Positions 39,230 to 52,547 of a stretch of 64,000 nucleotides of DNA are shown piece by piece (position 1 is the first letter of the stretch; each line of letters opens with the position of its first letter). The notes under the pieces are model-generated. The model was given only the letters and a program-made list of their open reading frames with translations. It was not told the DNA's origin and made no database searches. Location of the stretch: positions 95,482,001-95,546,000 of the forward strand of contig CM059431.1 in the NCBI GenBank assembly GCA_030390025.1. Direction: 5' to 3'. Made by a program: the position numbers and the translations under genes. The DNA comes from Squalus acanthias (lineage: Eukaryota).

Positions 39230-41495
39230 CAATGATATGATAGAATTTTATATTGAGTTTGAAAGTGATTTAGTTAAATCCGAAACTAGGGTCTTAAATC
39301 TAAACAAAGCAATCTACGTAGGTATGAGGGGCAAGTTGGTTACGGCAGATTGGGAAACTACATGAAAAGGTATGATGGCAGCGAAGCAATGGCTCGCACT
39401 TAAAGAATTAATACATAATTTACAACAAATATACATTCCTTTAAGGCACAAAAACCCCACAGGAAAAGTGGTCCAACCGTGGCTAACAAGAGAAGTTAAA
39501 GATAGTATTAGATCAAAGGAAGAGGCTTATAATGTTGCCAAAAAGAGTAGTAAGCCTGAGGATTGGGAGGATTTTAGAATTCAGCAAAGGAGGACCAAAA
39601 AATTGATAAAGAAAGGGAAAACAGAATCTGAGAATAAACTAGCGAGAGACATAAAAACAGACTGTTAAAGCTTCTATTGGTATGTAAAAAGGAAAAGATT
39701 AGCGAAAGTAAACATGGGTCCCTTACAGGCTGAGACAGGAGAAATTATAATGGGAAATAAGGAAATGGCAGAGAAATTAAACAAATACTTTGTATCTGTC
39801 TTCACGGAAGAAGACTCAAAAAACTTTCCGGAAATAGTGGAGAACAAAGGGTCTAGCGAGAATGAGGGACTGAAAGAAATTAGTATTAGTAAAAATATTG
39901 TACTGAAGAAATTAATGGGACTGAAAGCCGATAAATCATCTGGATCTGATAGCTTATATCCTAGGGTTTTGAAAGAGGTGGCTATAGAGATAGTGGATGC
40001 ATTGGTTGTCATTTTCCAAAATTCCATAGATTCTAGAACGGTTCCCGCAGATTGGAAGGTAGCAAATGTAACCCCACTATTTAAGAAAGGAGGAAGAGAG
40101 AAAATGGGGAACTACAGACCAGTTAGTCTGACATTAGTAGTAGGGAAAATGCTAGAATCTATTATTAAGGATGTGGTAACAGGGCACTTAGAAAATAATA
40201 ATAGGATTGGGCAGAGTCAACACAGATTTATGAAAGTGAAATCATGTTTGACTAATCTGTTAGAGTTTTTTGAGGTTGTAACTAGCAGAATAGATAAGGG
40301 GGAAACAGTGGATGTGGTGTATTTGGATTTTCAGAAGGCATTCAATAAGGTGCCACACAAGAGGTTATTAAACAAAATTAGGGCTCATGGGATTGGGGGT
40401 AATATACTAGCATGGATAGAGGATTGGTTAATGGACAGAAAACAGAGAGTAGGGATAAACGGGTCATTTTCGGGTTGGCAGGCTGTAACTAGTGGGGTAC
40501 CGCAAGGATCAGTGCTTGGGCCTCAGCTATTCACAATCTATATCAATGATTTGGATGAGGGGACCAAATGTCTTAGTTTGCTGAAGATACAAAGCTGGGT
40601 GGGAATGTAAGTTGTGAGGATAGGGGACAGAGACAAGCTAAGTGAGTGGGCAAGAACATGGCAAATTAAATATAATGTGGCAAAATATGAAGTTATCCAC
40701 TTTGGTAGGAAAAATAGAAAAGCAGAGTATTTTTTACATGGTGGGAGATTGGGAAATGTTGGTGTTCAGAGGGACCTGGGTGGCCTTGTACACAAATCAC
40801 TGAAAGTTAACATGCAGGTACAGCAAGCAATTAGGAAAGCAAATGGTATGTTGGCCTTTATTACAAGAGGATTTGAGTATAAGAGTAAAGACATCTTACT
40901 GCAATTATATAGGGCCCTGGTGAGACCACACCTGCAGTATTGTGCACAGTTTGGGTCTCCTTACATAAGGAAGGGTATACTTGCCATAGAGGGAATGCAA
41001 CCAAGGTACACCAAACTGATTCCTGGGATGGGGGGATTGTCCTATGAGGACAGATTGAGTAGATTAGGCCTATATTCTCTAGAGTTTAGAAGAATGAGAG
41101 GTGATCTCATTGAAACATACAACATTCTTACAGGGCTTGACAGTGTAGATGCAGGGAGGATGTTTCCTCTGGCTGGGGAGTCTAGAACTAGGGGTCACAT
41201 TCTCAGAATAAGGGGTCGGCCATTTAGGACTGAGATGAGGAAAAATTTCTTCACTCAGAGGGTGGTGAAACTTTGGAATTCTCTACCCCAGAGGGCTGTG
41301 GAGGCTCAGTCGTTGAGTATATTCCAGACAGAGATTGATAGACTTTTGGACATTAAGGGACTCAAAGGATCTGGGGATAGTGCAGGAAAGTGAAGTTGAG
41401 GTAGAAGATTAGCCATGATCTTATTGAATGGCGGAGCAGGCTCGAGGGGCTGAATGGAAACCTCCTGCTCCTATTTCTTATGTTCTTATGTTCAA
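39230..41495 (+). mobile_element. 5'-truncated CR1 LINE
   Basis: ORFs 39714-40610 and 40614-41393 (RT); tail cttatgttcttatgttc. Confidence 0.95.
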
Positions 41496-42016
41496 TCTCA
41501 TTAGGATACTCCCGATTTAAATTGGATGTAAATGGCCATAAATCAGTATAAACAATCGAGACCCAAGTAAACGCCAAACTTACATCAGTATATTTCTTCT
41601 TTCATAAAATTTAAGTTTCAACTCATTCAACCATCATTCATGCATATCGGGCACAATGTTTAGGAACCTGCTTTTCAATTTTTAATGTGATTATATTCAC
41701 GCCACAAAAATGCATTAAAGAAACAGAAAATACACAGCAGGTTTCAGTGAGGATACATTTTTTTTTAAATGCTCAAAGAATTGCAATTAAAAGACCTGAA
41801 AAGTGACTGCACCTTAGAATCTGGTCACAATGTTGGGACATCCCCTTCAACAAGCGCCAGTTTTGTGGGCGGGGATTTGTTCAGATGTTTGATGAATGGA
41901 TGTAAAAGATTGAGGAGACTTGAGGGTATTGTAGTTATGCCGCTAACTCACTTACGCGCAACATTTGCCGACCTTTTAAGCCTCATAATTAATCTGCACC
42001 CAGATTACGTCTGTGT

Positions 42017-42890
42017 TATGATTTGGACAGGTTGTGTGATTGGGGAGATGCATGGCAAATGCAGTATAATGTGGATAAATGCGAGGTTATCCACTTCGGT
42101 GGCAAAAACAGGAAGACAGATTATTATCTGAATGGCAATAGATTGGGAAAAGGGGAAGTGCAACGAGACCTGGGTGTCCTTGTGCACCAGTCGCTGAAGG
42201 TAAGCATGCAGGTGCAGCAGGCGGTTAAGAAGGCAAATGGTATGTTGGCCTTCATAGCGAGAGGATTCGAGTACAGGAGCAAGGATGTCTTGCTGCAGTT
42301 GTACAGGGCCTTGGTGAGACCACACCTTGAGTATTGTGTGCAGTTTTGGTCGCCTTATCTGAGGAAGGATGTTCTTGCCATGGAGAGAGTGCAGCGAAGA
42401 TTCACCAGACTGATACCTGGGATGGCAGGAATGATGTATGAAGAGAGATTGGGTCGATTAGGCTTATATTCGCTAGAGTTTAGAAGAATGAGAGGGGATC
42501 TCATTGAAACTTATAAAATTCTAACAGGACTAGACAGACTAGATGCAGGAAGGATGTTCCCGATGGTGGAGGAGTCCGGAACCAGGGGTCACAGTCTAAG
42601 GATAAGGGGTAAGCCATTTAGGACTGAGATGAGGAGGAATTTCTTCACCCAGAGAGTGGTGAACCTGTGGAATTCTCTACCACACAAGGCAGTTGAGGCC
42701 AATTCATTAAATATATTCAAGAAAGAATTAGATATATTTCTTAAGGCTAAAGGGATCAAGGGATATGGGGAGAAATCAGGGACAGGGTACTGAATTTTGA
42801 TGATCAGCCATGATCTCATTAAATGGTGGAACAGGCTTGAGGGGCCAAATGGCCTACTCCTGCTCCTATCTTCTTTGTTTCTATGTTTCC
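42017..42890 (+). mobile_element. CR1 3' end
   Basis: 256-aa ORF; very similar to 22752-23759 in the opposite orientation. Confidence 0.95.
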
Positions 42891-43242
42891 ATAGTTAGCT
42901 GAATTTGCCTATTTAGACAATGGCCTTAAAAGGCACAGATGAAGTTCGCAGCGCAAAGTTACAACCATGCTCTGGACTCGAGATTACATGTCAGCAATGC
43001 CACACAAGATCTGTTAGAGCATTCATGTATGTTTAATGGTGGTGCTATGTACTTTACAGGCGAACCCCAATACATTTTGGTAAGAAGAACGAGGAGAGGC
43101 AATAGAAGCTAAATGGTACAATTTCAAAGGGGGTGTAAGAAGAGAGACCTGGGGGTGTTTGGTCACAAATCTTTGAAGGTGGCAGGATAGGTTAACAAAA
43201 TAGTTATAAAGCATATGGGAGCCTGGGCTTTATAAATAGAGG

Positions 43243-43363
43243 TCATGATGCGGAGATGCCGGTGTTGGACTTCACCTGAGGAAGGAGCAATCGATAGCTC
43301 CGAAAGCTTGTGATTTCAAATAAAACTGTTGGACTATAACCTGGTGTTGTGCGACCTCTCAAT
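43243..43363 (+). mobile_element. Family A Penelope-type insert with inverted terminal segment
   Basis: 14-bp TSD TTTATAAATAGAGG (43229-43242, 43364-43377). Confidence 0.85.
43272..43313 (+). ncRNA. Minimal type I hammerhead ribozyme motif
   Basis: TCAC-CTGAGGA-A-GGAGC-AATCGATA-GCTCC-GAAA-GCTT-GTGA. Confidence 0.78.
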
Positions 43364-43692
43364 TTTATAAATAGAGGCAGAGAGTACAAAAGCCAGGAAG
43401 TTATGCTAAATCTATATGAAACACTAGTTTGGCCCCAGTTGGATTATTGTGTCAATTCTGGGCACCACACTTTATGAAGGACATGAAGGCTTTGGAGAGG
43501 GTACAGAAGAGTCTTACTAGAATTATTCCACAGATGAGTGATTACATTTATGTGGACAGACTGGAGAAGCTGGGGTTCTCCTTAGAGTAGTGAAGGCTAA
43601 GAGGAGATTTGATAGTGGTGTCAGCCAGTGGCTCAGCTGGTAGCATCTGTGCCTCTGAGTCATAAGGTTGAGGGGTCAAGTTCCACTCCAGG

Positions 43693-46600
43693 ACTCCACT
43701 CCCGTCTCGGAGCGGCTACAGAACATTTTGGAGGGGGAGGGCGAACAGTCAGTTGTCGTGGTGCACATAGGCATCAACGATATAGGTAAAAACGGGATGA
43801 GGTCCTAAAAGCAGAATATAGGGAGTTAGGAGGTAAATTAAAAAATAGGACCTCAAAGGTAGTAATCTCAGGATTGCTACCAGTGCCACGTGCTAGTCAG
43901 AGTAGAAATAGAAGGATATTTCAAATGAATACGTGGCTAGAGGAATGGTGCAAGGGGGAGGGATTCAAATTCCTTGGACATTGGAACCAGGTTCTGGGGG
44001 AGGTGGGACCAGTACAAATGGGACGGTCTGCACCTGGGCAGGGCAGGGACCGATGTCCTAGGGGGAGTGTTTGCTAGTGCTTTTGGGGAGGGTTTAAACT
44101 AAAGTGGCAGGGGGTTGGGAACCTGAGCAGGGAGACAGAGGAAAGGGAAACAAGGATAAAAGCAAAAGACAGGAAGGAGAAAAAGAAAAGTAGAAGGCAA
44201 AGAAGTCAATGGTTTAAATCAAACATGGTCACAGTAAATAATAATTCATATAGGTCTGAGAGCGTTAAAAAAAACAAGCCTGAAGGCTTTGTGTCTTAAT
44301 GCAAGTTGCATTCGGAACAAGGTGGATGAATTAGCTGCACAAATAGAGGTAAATGAATATGATTTGATTGGGATTACAGAAACATGGCTCCAGGGTGGCC
44401 AAGGCTGGGAACTCAACATCCAGGGGTATTCAATATTTAGGAAAGATAGGCAAAAAAGAAAGGGAGGTGGGGTAGCATTGCTGGTTAAAGAGGGGATTAA
44501 CACAATTGAGAGGAAGGATATTAGCTCTGATGATGCGGAATCTGTATGGGTGGAACTGAGAAATAACAAGGGGCAGAAAACGTTAGTGGGAGTGGTATAT
44601 AGACCTCCAAACAGTAATACGGAGGTTGGGGACGGCATTAAAAGGGAAATTAGAGAAGCATGCAGTAAGGGCACTGCAGTCATCATGGGTGACTTTAATT
44701 TACATATAGATTGGGCTAACGAAATTAGTAAAAATACTGTGGAGGAGAAATTCCTAGAATGTTTACGGGATGGTTTTCTGGAACAATATGTCGAGGACCC
44801 AACCAGAGATCAGGTCATCTTAGACTGAGTATTATGTAACGAGAAAGGATTAATTGGCAATCTTGTTGTACGAGGCCCCTTGGGTCAGAGTGATCATAAT
44901 ATGATAGAATTCTTCATTAGGATGGAGAGTGAAGTAGTTAAATCAGAGACTAGGGTCCTGAATTTAAATAAAGAAAACTATGATGGTATGAGGCGCAAAT
45001 TGGGGAGGAAAGATTGGGGAATGTCACTCAAAGGGTTGACGGTGGATAGGCAATGGCAAACATTCAAAGACTGCATGGATGAACTACAGAATTTGTTCAT
45101 CCCAGTGTGGCATAAGAATAAAACAAAAAGGGTGACTCAACTGTGGCTAACAAGGGAAATTAGGGATAGCATAAGATCAAAGGAGAGGCCATATAAATTG
45201 GCCAGAAAAAGCAGTAACCCTGAGGATTGGGAGCAGTCTAGGATTCAACAAAGGAGGACAAAGGGATTAATTAAGAAGGGGAAAATAGAATATGAAAGTA
45301 AGCTTGCGGAGAACATAAAAGCTGACAGTAAGAGCTTTTATAGATATGTGAAGAGAAAAAGATTAGTGAAATCAAGTGTAGGTCCCTTGCAGTCAGAAGC
45401 GGGGGCTGTTATAATGGGGAACAAAGAAATGGCAGCTCAATTAAATGCATATTTTGGTTCTGTCTTCACAAAGGAGGACACAAATAACCTCCCAGAGATG
45501 TTGGAGAACATAGGGACTGATGAAAGGGAGGAACTGAAAGAAATCAGTATTAGTAGGGAAATGGTGTTAGGGAAATGGACGGGATTGAAGGCTGATAAAT
45601 CCCATGGGCCTGATATTCTACATCCTTAGGGTACTTAAGGAAGTGGCCCTAGAAATAGTAGATGCATTGCTGATCATCTTCCAACATTCGATGGAATCTG
45701 GAACTGTACCCATGGATTGGAGGGTAGCTAATGTTACCCCACTATTCAAAAAGGGTGGTAGAGAGAAAGCGGGGAATTACAGACCGTTAAGCCTGACATC
45801 AGTAGTGGGGAAAATGCTAGAGTCCATTATAAAGGATGTAATAGCTGAGCACTTGAAAAACAGTGACAGGATCGGACAAAGTCAACATGGATTTACAAAA
45901 GGTAAATCGTGCTTGACTAATCTACTGGAATTTTTTGAGGATGTAACTGGGAAAATAGATAAGGGAGAACCAGTAGATGTGGTGTATTTGGACTTTCAAA
46001 AGGCTTTCGATAAGGTCCCGCATAAGAGATTAGCGTGTAAAGTTAAGGCACATGGGATTGGGGGCAAGGTATTGACTTGGATAGAGAACTGGTTGGCGGA
46101 CAGAAAGCAGAGAGTAGGAATTAATGGGTCTTTTTCCGAGTGGCAGGCAGTGACTAGTGGGGTACCGCAGGGATCGGTCCTTGGACCCCAGCTATTCACA
46201 ATATACATTAATGATCTGGATAACCGGAACAAGTTTGCAGATGACACAAAGCTGGGTGGGCGTGTGTGCTCCGAGGACGATACTGAGAAACTCCTGGATG
46301 ATTTGGACAGGTTGGGTGAGTGGGCAGAAGCGTGGCAGATGCAATATAACGTGGATAAATGCGAGGTTATCCACTTTGGTGTCAAAAACAGAAAGGTAGA
46401 CTATTATCTGAATGGCAACAGATTGGGAGAAGGGGAAGTGCAACGAGACCTGGGTGTCCTTGTGCACCAGTCGCTGAAGGTAAGCATGCAGGTGCAGCAG
46501 GCGGTGAAGAAGGCAAATGGTATGTTGGCCTTCATAGCGAAAGGGTTTGAGTATAGGAACAGGGATGTCCTGCTGCAGTTGTACAGGGCCTTGGTGAGAC

Positions 46601-47608
46601 CACACCTTGAGTACTGTGTGCAGTTTTGGTCACCTTATCTGAGGAAGGATGTTCTTGCCATAAAGGAGTTCAGCGAAGATTCACAAGGCTGATACCTGGG
46701 ATGGCAGGAATGACATATGAGGAGAGATTGGGTCGATTGGGCTTATACTCGCTGGAGTATAGAAGAATGAGAGGGGATCTCATCAAAACATATAAAATTC
46801 TGACAGGTCTGGACAAACTAGATGCAGGAAGAATGTTCCCGATGGTCGGAGAGTCCAGAACCAGGGGTCATAATCTAAGGATAAGGGGTAAGCCATTTAG
46901 GACAGAAATGAGGAAGAATTTCTTCACCCAGAGAGTGGTGAACCTGTGGAATTCTCTACCACAGAAGGTAGTTGAGGCCAAGTCATTAAATATATTCAAG
47001 AATGAGTTAGATATATTTCTTAATGCTAACGGTATCAAGGGATATGGGGAGAAGGCAGGTACAGGGTACTGAGTTTGGATGATCAGCCATGATCTCATCG
47101 AAACATAGAAACATAGAATCTAGGAGCAGGAGTAGGCCATTCGGCCCGTCGAGCCTGCTCCACCATTCAATACGATCATGGCTGATCATCCAAATCCAGT
47201 ACCCTGTCCCTGCTTTAATCCCCACAGTACACATATCCCACCCTACCCCCATAACCCCACATATTTAATTCCCCCTAACATATCCCATCCTATACCCATA
47301 ACCCCACATATTTAATCCCCCCCTAACACTAAGGGTCAATTTTTTATCATAGCCAAATCAACCTAACCCGCACATTTTTGGACTGTGGGAGGAAACCGGA
47401 GCACCCGGAGGAAACCCACGCAGACACGGGGAGAATGTGCAAACTCCACACAGACAGTCACCCGAGGTCAGATTCGAACCCGGGTCCCTGGCGCTGTGAG
47501 GCACCGGTGCTAACCACTATGCCACCATGTTGTCGAATGGCAGAGCAGGCTTGAGTGGCCGAATGACCTACTCCTGCTCCTATCTTCTATGTTTCTAGGT
47601 TTCTATGT
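43693..47608 (+). mobile_element. Long CR1: ORF1 SGNH-esterase C-terminus plus complete decayed ORF2
   Basis: VVVHIGINDIG, SGLLPVPRAS..NTWLEEWC..GFKFLGHW, DGLHL; EN and RT ORFs 44289-47072. Confidence 0.95.
47101..47530 (-). mobile_element. HE1-type V-SINE with CR1-derived 3' tail
   Basis: tRNA head and ggagtttgcacattctccccgtgtctgcgtgggtttcctccgggtgctccggtttcctccca core on minus; tail matches local CR1 3' UTR; TCGAA at both flanks. Confidence 0.88.
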
Positions 47609-48914
47609 TGAGTACAAAAATCTAGGCTGACACTTAGTACAGTACCAACGGGGTGCTGCACTGTCGGAAGTGCCATCTTTCGGATGAGACGTTAAACCGA
47701 GGCCCAGTCTGCCCTCTCAGGTGAATGTTAAAGATCCCATGGCACTATTTTGAAGAAGAGCAGGGGAGATATCCCCAGTGTCCTGGCCAATATTTATCCC
47801 TCAACCACTAAAGCAGATTATCTGGTCATTATCACATTGCTATTTGTGAGAGCTTGCTGTGCACAAATTGGCTACCGCATTTCCAACATTACAACAGTGA
47901 CTCCACTTCAAAAAAGTACTTCATTGGCTGTAAAGCGCTTTGGGATGAAAGGCGCTGTATAAGTGCAAGCCTTTCTTTCTTTTTAAAATCATGAAGGGTT
48001 TAGATAGAGTTTTACTTGCAATGGCTGAATGGTCCATAACCAGAGGGCACAGATTTAAGGTGATTGGCAAAAGAACCAGAGGCGACACAAGGAAAGACTT
48101 TTTTATGCAACAAGTGGCTAGGATTTGAAATGCACTGCCTGATAAGTTGGTGGATACAGATTCAATAGTAGCCTTCAAAAGGGAATTGGATAAATACTTG
48201 AAAGAGAAACAATTGCAGGGATATGGGGAAAGAGTGGGGAAGTGGGACGAACTGGATTGCTCTTCGAAAGACCCAGCACAGACTCGATGTGCTGTACTAT
48301 TCTATGATGCTGTGATGATCTGGTAACACAAAGCTTGTCTTTAGAAAGACATGTAACAACACTCCCCCACGTTACAGCAGCCCTGAAGGCGTGCCCCTCA
48401 TTATTTACAATGGAATCGCACGTTGACGTATGGGGAGGCGGCGGGGGTGAGGTGTTCCCTGTCACTGACATCACTGGCTTGTCCAGCAAGGAAGGAGATC
48501 CCACTCAGGGTCTCACTGGCAGCAGTAAGATTGAAGTTTTGGGGGGGAAATTGGTAAGAGTATCATTTTTTTCAGTAAAAAGGGTGAACACTTTGGATTA
48601 AACAATATTCCCCTTAAACTTTCTTTGCCCTTAAATGTCAACATCTCAAAACCAGTTTTGCACAAGTGCCACCCAATGTAAATACTACCTTGATAAACTT
48701 TTGCTTCAACAATGAATGAGCTCAAGCCCTCATGGATTAGAAACCCTCCTTCCTTCTGTGACCGAAACAGAAGTAATGAGATTTACTTGACAGGCTGTTA
48801 AAAAGGTTCAAAATTTGACCAAGCGAAGCGAACTGTAATACTATATGAGAACAATGACAAAATGACATAGCGTAGGCTTAGCTAACATCTGAAAGAAGCA
48901 AAGGAGCAATTCAA

Positions 48915-51424
48915 CATGAGGCAGAAAAGGAGCAGAAACTGCTAGGGTTGCACAAAGTGTAGAAATAATAGGGTAATAATAGTGGGGGATTTCAACTTCC
49001 CCAATATTAACTGGGATAGTCAGAGTGTGAAAGGCTTAGAGGGTGCGGAATTCTTAAAGTGCATCCAGGAGAGCTTTTTGAGCTAGCATGTAGAAAGTCC
49101 TACAAGAGAGGGGGCGGTACTGGATCTAATTCTAGGTAGAAGTGTCAGTAGGAGAGCATTTTCGTGACAGTGGCCATAATTCGGTGAGATTTAAGGTAGT
49201 CATGGAAAAGGACAAAGATGTACTGGAGATAAAGGTTCTAAATTGGGGGAAGGCTTATTTTAATATGATAAGGCAGGATCTGGCCAAAGTGGACTGGGAT
49301 CAGCTACTTGTAGGAAAATCCACATCAGAGCAGTGGGAGTCTTTCAGAAAGGAAACAGAGAAAGTACAACGCCAACATGTTCCCGTAAAGGTCAAGGGTG
49401 GGACCAACAAGCCCAGGGAACCCTGAATGTCAAGGGATATACAAGAATGGATTAGGAAAAAAAGGGAGGCTTTTGGCAGATACAAAGGACTAAAAACAGT
49501 GGAAGCCCTAGAGGAGTATAGAAAGTGCAGGGGGGTAATTAAAAAAGAAATTCGGAGAGCGAAGACGGGGCATGAATAAACACGAGCGGGCAAAATAAAG
49601 GAAAATCCCAAGGTGTTTTATAAGTATATTAAGGGCAAGAGGATAACCAGGGAAAGAGTAGGGCCCATTATGGACCAAAGTGGAAATCTGTGTGCAGAGC
49701 CGGAAGATTTGGGTGAGGTTTTCAATAAATATTTTGCATCTGTGTTCACTATGGAGAAGGACGATGTAGGCATAGAAATCAGGCAGAGGGATTGCGATAT
49801 ACTTGAACAAATTAGTATTGAAAGGGAAGAGGTACAAGCAGTTTTAGAGGGCTTAAAAGTGGATAAATCCCCAGGCCCAGACGAGATGTATCCCAGGCTG
49901 CTGTGTGAGGCCAGGGAGGAGATTGCAGGGGCTCTGACACAAATTTTCAGAACCTCTCTGGCCACAGGGGAGGTGCCAGAGGACTGCAGAACAGCTAACG
50001 TAGTATCATTATTCAAGAAGGGTAGTAGGGATAAACCAGGGAATTACAGACCAGTGAGCCTAACATCAGTGGTAGGGAAATTATTGGAAAACATTCTGAG
50101 GGACAGAATTAGTCTCCACTTGGAGATACAAGGATTAATCAAGGATAGTCAGCATGGCTTTGTCAGGGGGAGATCATGTCTAACCAATTTGATTGAATTT
50201 TTCGAGGGGCTGACTAGGTGTGTGGATGAGGGTAGTGCAGTTGATGTAGCCTACATGGACTTCAGTAAGGCTTTTGACAAAGTCCCGCATGGGAGACTGG
50301 TCAAGAAGGTAAGAGCCCATGGGATCCAAGGCAATTTGGCACATTGGATCCAAAATTGGCTTAGTGGCAGGAGGCAGAGGGTGATGGTCAAAGGTTGATT
50401 TTGTGACTGGAAGCCTGTGTCCAGTGGTGTACCGCAGGGATCGGTGCTGGGTCCTTTGCTGTTTGTAGTGTACATTCATGATTTAGATATGAATGTAGGA
50501 GGTATGATCAGTAAGTTCGCAGATGACACGGAAATTGGTGATGGAGTAAATAGCGAGGAGGGAACCCTCAGGCTACAGAACGATATTGACGGGTTGGTCA
50601 GATGGGCAGACAGTGGCAAATGGAATTTAACCCTGAAAAGTGTGAGGTGATGCATTTTGGGAGGACTAAAAAGGCAAGGGAATACACAATGAATGGTAGG
50701 ATCCTCGGACGGACAGAGGATCAGAGGGACCTTGGTGTGCATGTACATAGATCCCTGAAGGCAGCAGGACAGGTAGATAAGGTGGTTAAAAAGGCATATG
50801 GATACTTGCCTTCATTAACCGAGGCATAGATTATAAGAGCAGGGAGGTTATGATGGAGCTGTACAAAACACTAGTTAGGCCACAGCTGGAATACTGTGTG
50901 CAGTTCTGGTCGCCACACTATAGGAGGGATGTGATTGCATTGGAGAGGGTGCAGAGGAGATTCACCAGGATGTTACCTGGGCTGGAGCGCTTCAGCTATG
51001 AAGAGAGACTGGACAGGCTGGGGTTGTTTTCCTTAGAGCAGAGAAGGCTGAGAGGGGACATGATTGAGGTGTACAAAATTATGAGGGGCATAGATAGGGT
51101 AGATAGAAAGGAACTTTTCCCTTAGTAGAGGGGTCAATAACCAGGGGGCATAGTTTCAGGGTAAGGGGCAGGCGGTTTAGAGGGGATTTGAGGAAAAACT
51201 TTTTCACCCAGAGGGTGGTTGGAATCTGGAACTCACTACTTGAAAGGGTGGTAGCGGCAGGAACCCTCACAACATTCAAGAAGCATTTAGATGAGCACTT
51301 GAAACGCCATAGCTTACAAGGCTATGGACCAAGTGCTGGAAAATGGGATTAGAATAGACAGGGCTTGATGGCCAGCGCAGACACGATGGGCCGAAGGGCC
51401 TCTTTCTGTGCTGTAAAGCTCTAT
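48915..51424 (+). mobile_element. 5'-truncated CR1 LINE; tail continues after the MITE to about 52070
   Basis: GDFN.., ORFs 49613-50398, 50417-50650 and 50850-51125. Confidence 0.95.
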
Positions 51425-52060
51425 GGGGTAAAAATTGAGTCGCGCCCCCTTTGGGGCGCTAACTTTGCCAGGGTGCTACCTTTAGCGCCCCATAAAAATT
51501 AGCGCCCCCCCGCCGGAAATTGAGTGGTTGCGCCGCAAGACGGAAGTGGGGCACTACTGGAAGCGCCCCGCATCCGCTTGGGGCGCTGTGAGTCAATATC
51601 GTGGCGTTACGTGCTGCACCTTCTTAAAGGGGAGGAGCCTTGAGCAGCGAGAACCCCCCTGGGGATCGGGAGTGCCGGCAAAAGAGCCCGGCACTCAAGA
51701 GAAGTGCCGGGCTCTTGGAGTGCAGCCGGCACTTTGTGGGGGGGTGGGGGTCTTCACGGGGGCCGGGGACAGCAACGGGGGCAGGTGCTGGCAGGCGGCC
51801 AGCAACAAAAATGGCTGCCCGCCACCTCCCCTTTAACTAGCGCCGCCCCGGCTGCAGATAGGCCCCCCTGACCCCATCGGACATAGCGTCCGGCGGTAAG
51901 TCAAAGGGCGCTACCGAAGATCGCCGCCGGAGCGCTAACCTCCCACTGAATTTCGCGGGAGGCGTGGGCGCCGCCGCACCCGGGCGCTAGTTGCTTTGCG
52001 CCCCATTAGCGCCCTCTTAAGGCACTAACGGGAGGAGCAAACCAACTGAATTTTTCCCCC
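51425..52060. mobile_element. MITE M4-like copy inserted in a CR1 tail
   Basis: GGGGTAAAAATT / AATTTTTCCCCC; TAT/TGT flanks. Confidence 0.85.
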
Positions 52061-52398
52061 TGTGACTCTAAAATGGAGACAAAGGGAAGTTGGGACCAGC
52101 AAGAGTCTGAATGGCCCAAAATCGAGCTGACATCAGAAGAGTAAGCACCAACATGGAAGAATGGACTTGCATTTACATACTGACTTGGCACATCCTCAGG
52201 AGATCCCAAAGCATTTCATAACCAACCAATTACTTTTTTTTTAAGTGCAGTTACTGTTATGAAGGCAAAAATTATAAGAGAAAAGCGCAAGCACACGAAG
52301 GAGATGGAGGACAAAAAAATGTGATCCTTAACAGGATAATGAATCAATCAACTACAAGAAGAAGATATGCAGAAGGAGAGCAGTGGTAATATGATAGT

Positions 52399-52547
52399 AC
52401 GATAGCAAAATACTGCCGATGCTGGAAATCCGAAATAACAACAGAAAACGCTGGAAAAACTCAGCAGGCCAGGCAACATCCGTGGAGAGAGAAAGAGAGT
52501 TAACGTTTCAGGTCGAAACCCTTCGTCGGAACTGAAAGAGCAAGAAA
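52399..52547 (-). mobile_element. Short Penelope-type insert (family B)
   Basis: 12-bp TSD TAATATGATAGT (52387-52398, 52548-52559). Confidence 0.8.
52498..52533 (-). ncRNA. Minimal hammerhead motif, family B (U4>C variant)
   Basis: AGTT-CCGACGA-A-GGGT-TTCG-ACCT-GAAA-CGTT-AACT. Confidence 0.62.

Larger units (their letters stand above)
43622..47983 (+). mobile_element. Deu-type (SacSINE1-like) SINE split by a CR1: head about 43622-43692, body about 47607-47983
   Basis: tRNA-like head gtggctcagctggtagc..; body ggatgagacgttaaaccgaggccc..gatcccatggcactattttgaagaagagcagggg; L2-like tail. Confidence 0.8.
43065..48310 (+). mobile_element. Older CR1 3' fragment (43065-43621 and 47984-48310) hosting nested insertions
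   Basis: CR1 sequence stops at ..gatagtggtg and resumes at ..taaaatcatgaagggt. Confidence 0.8.
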
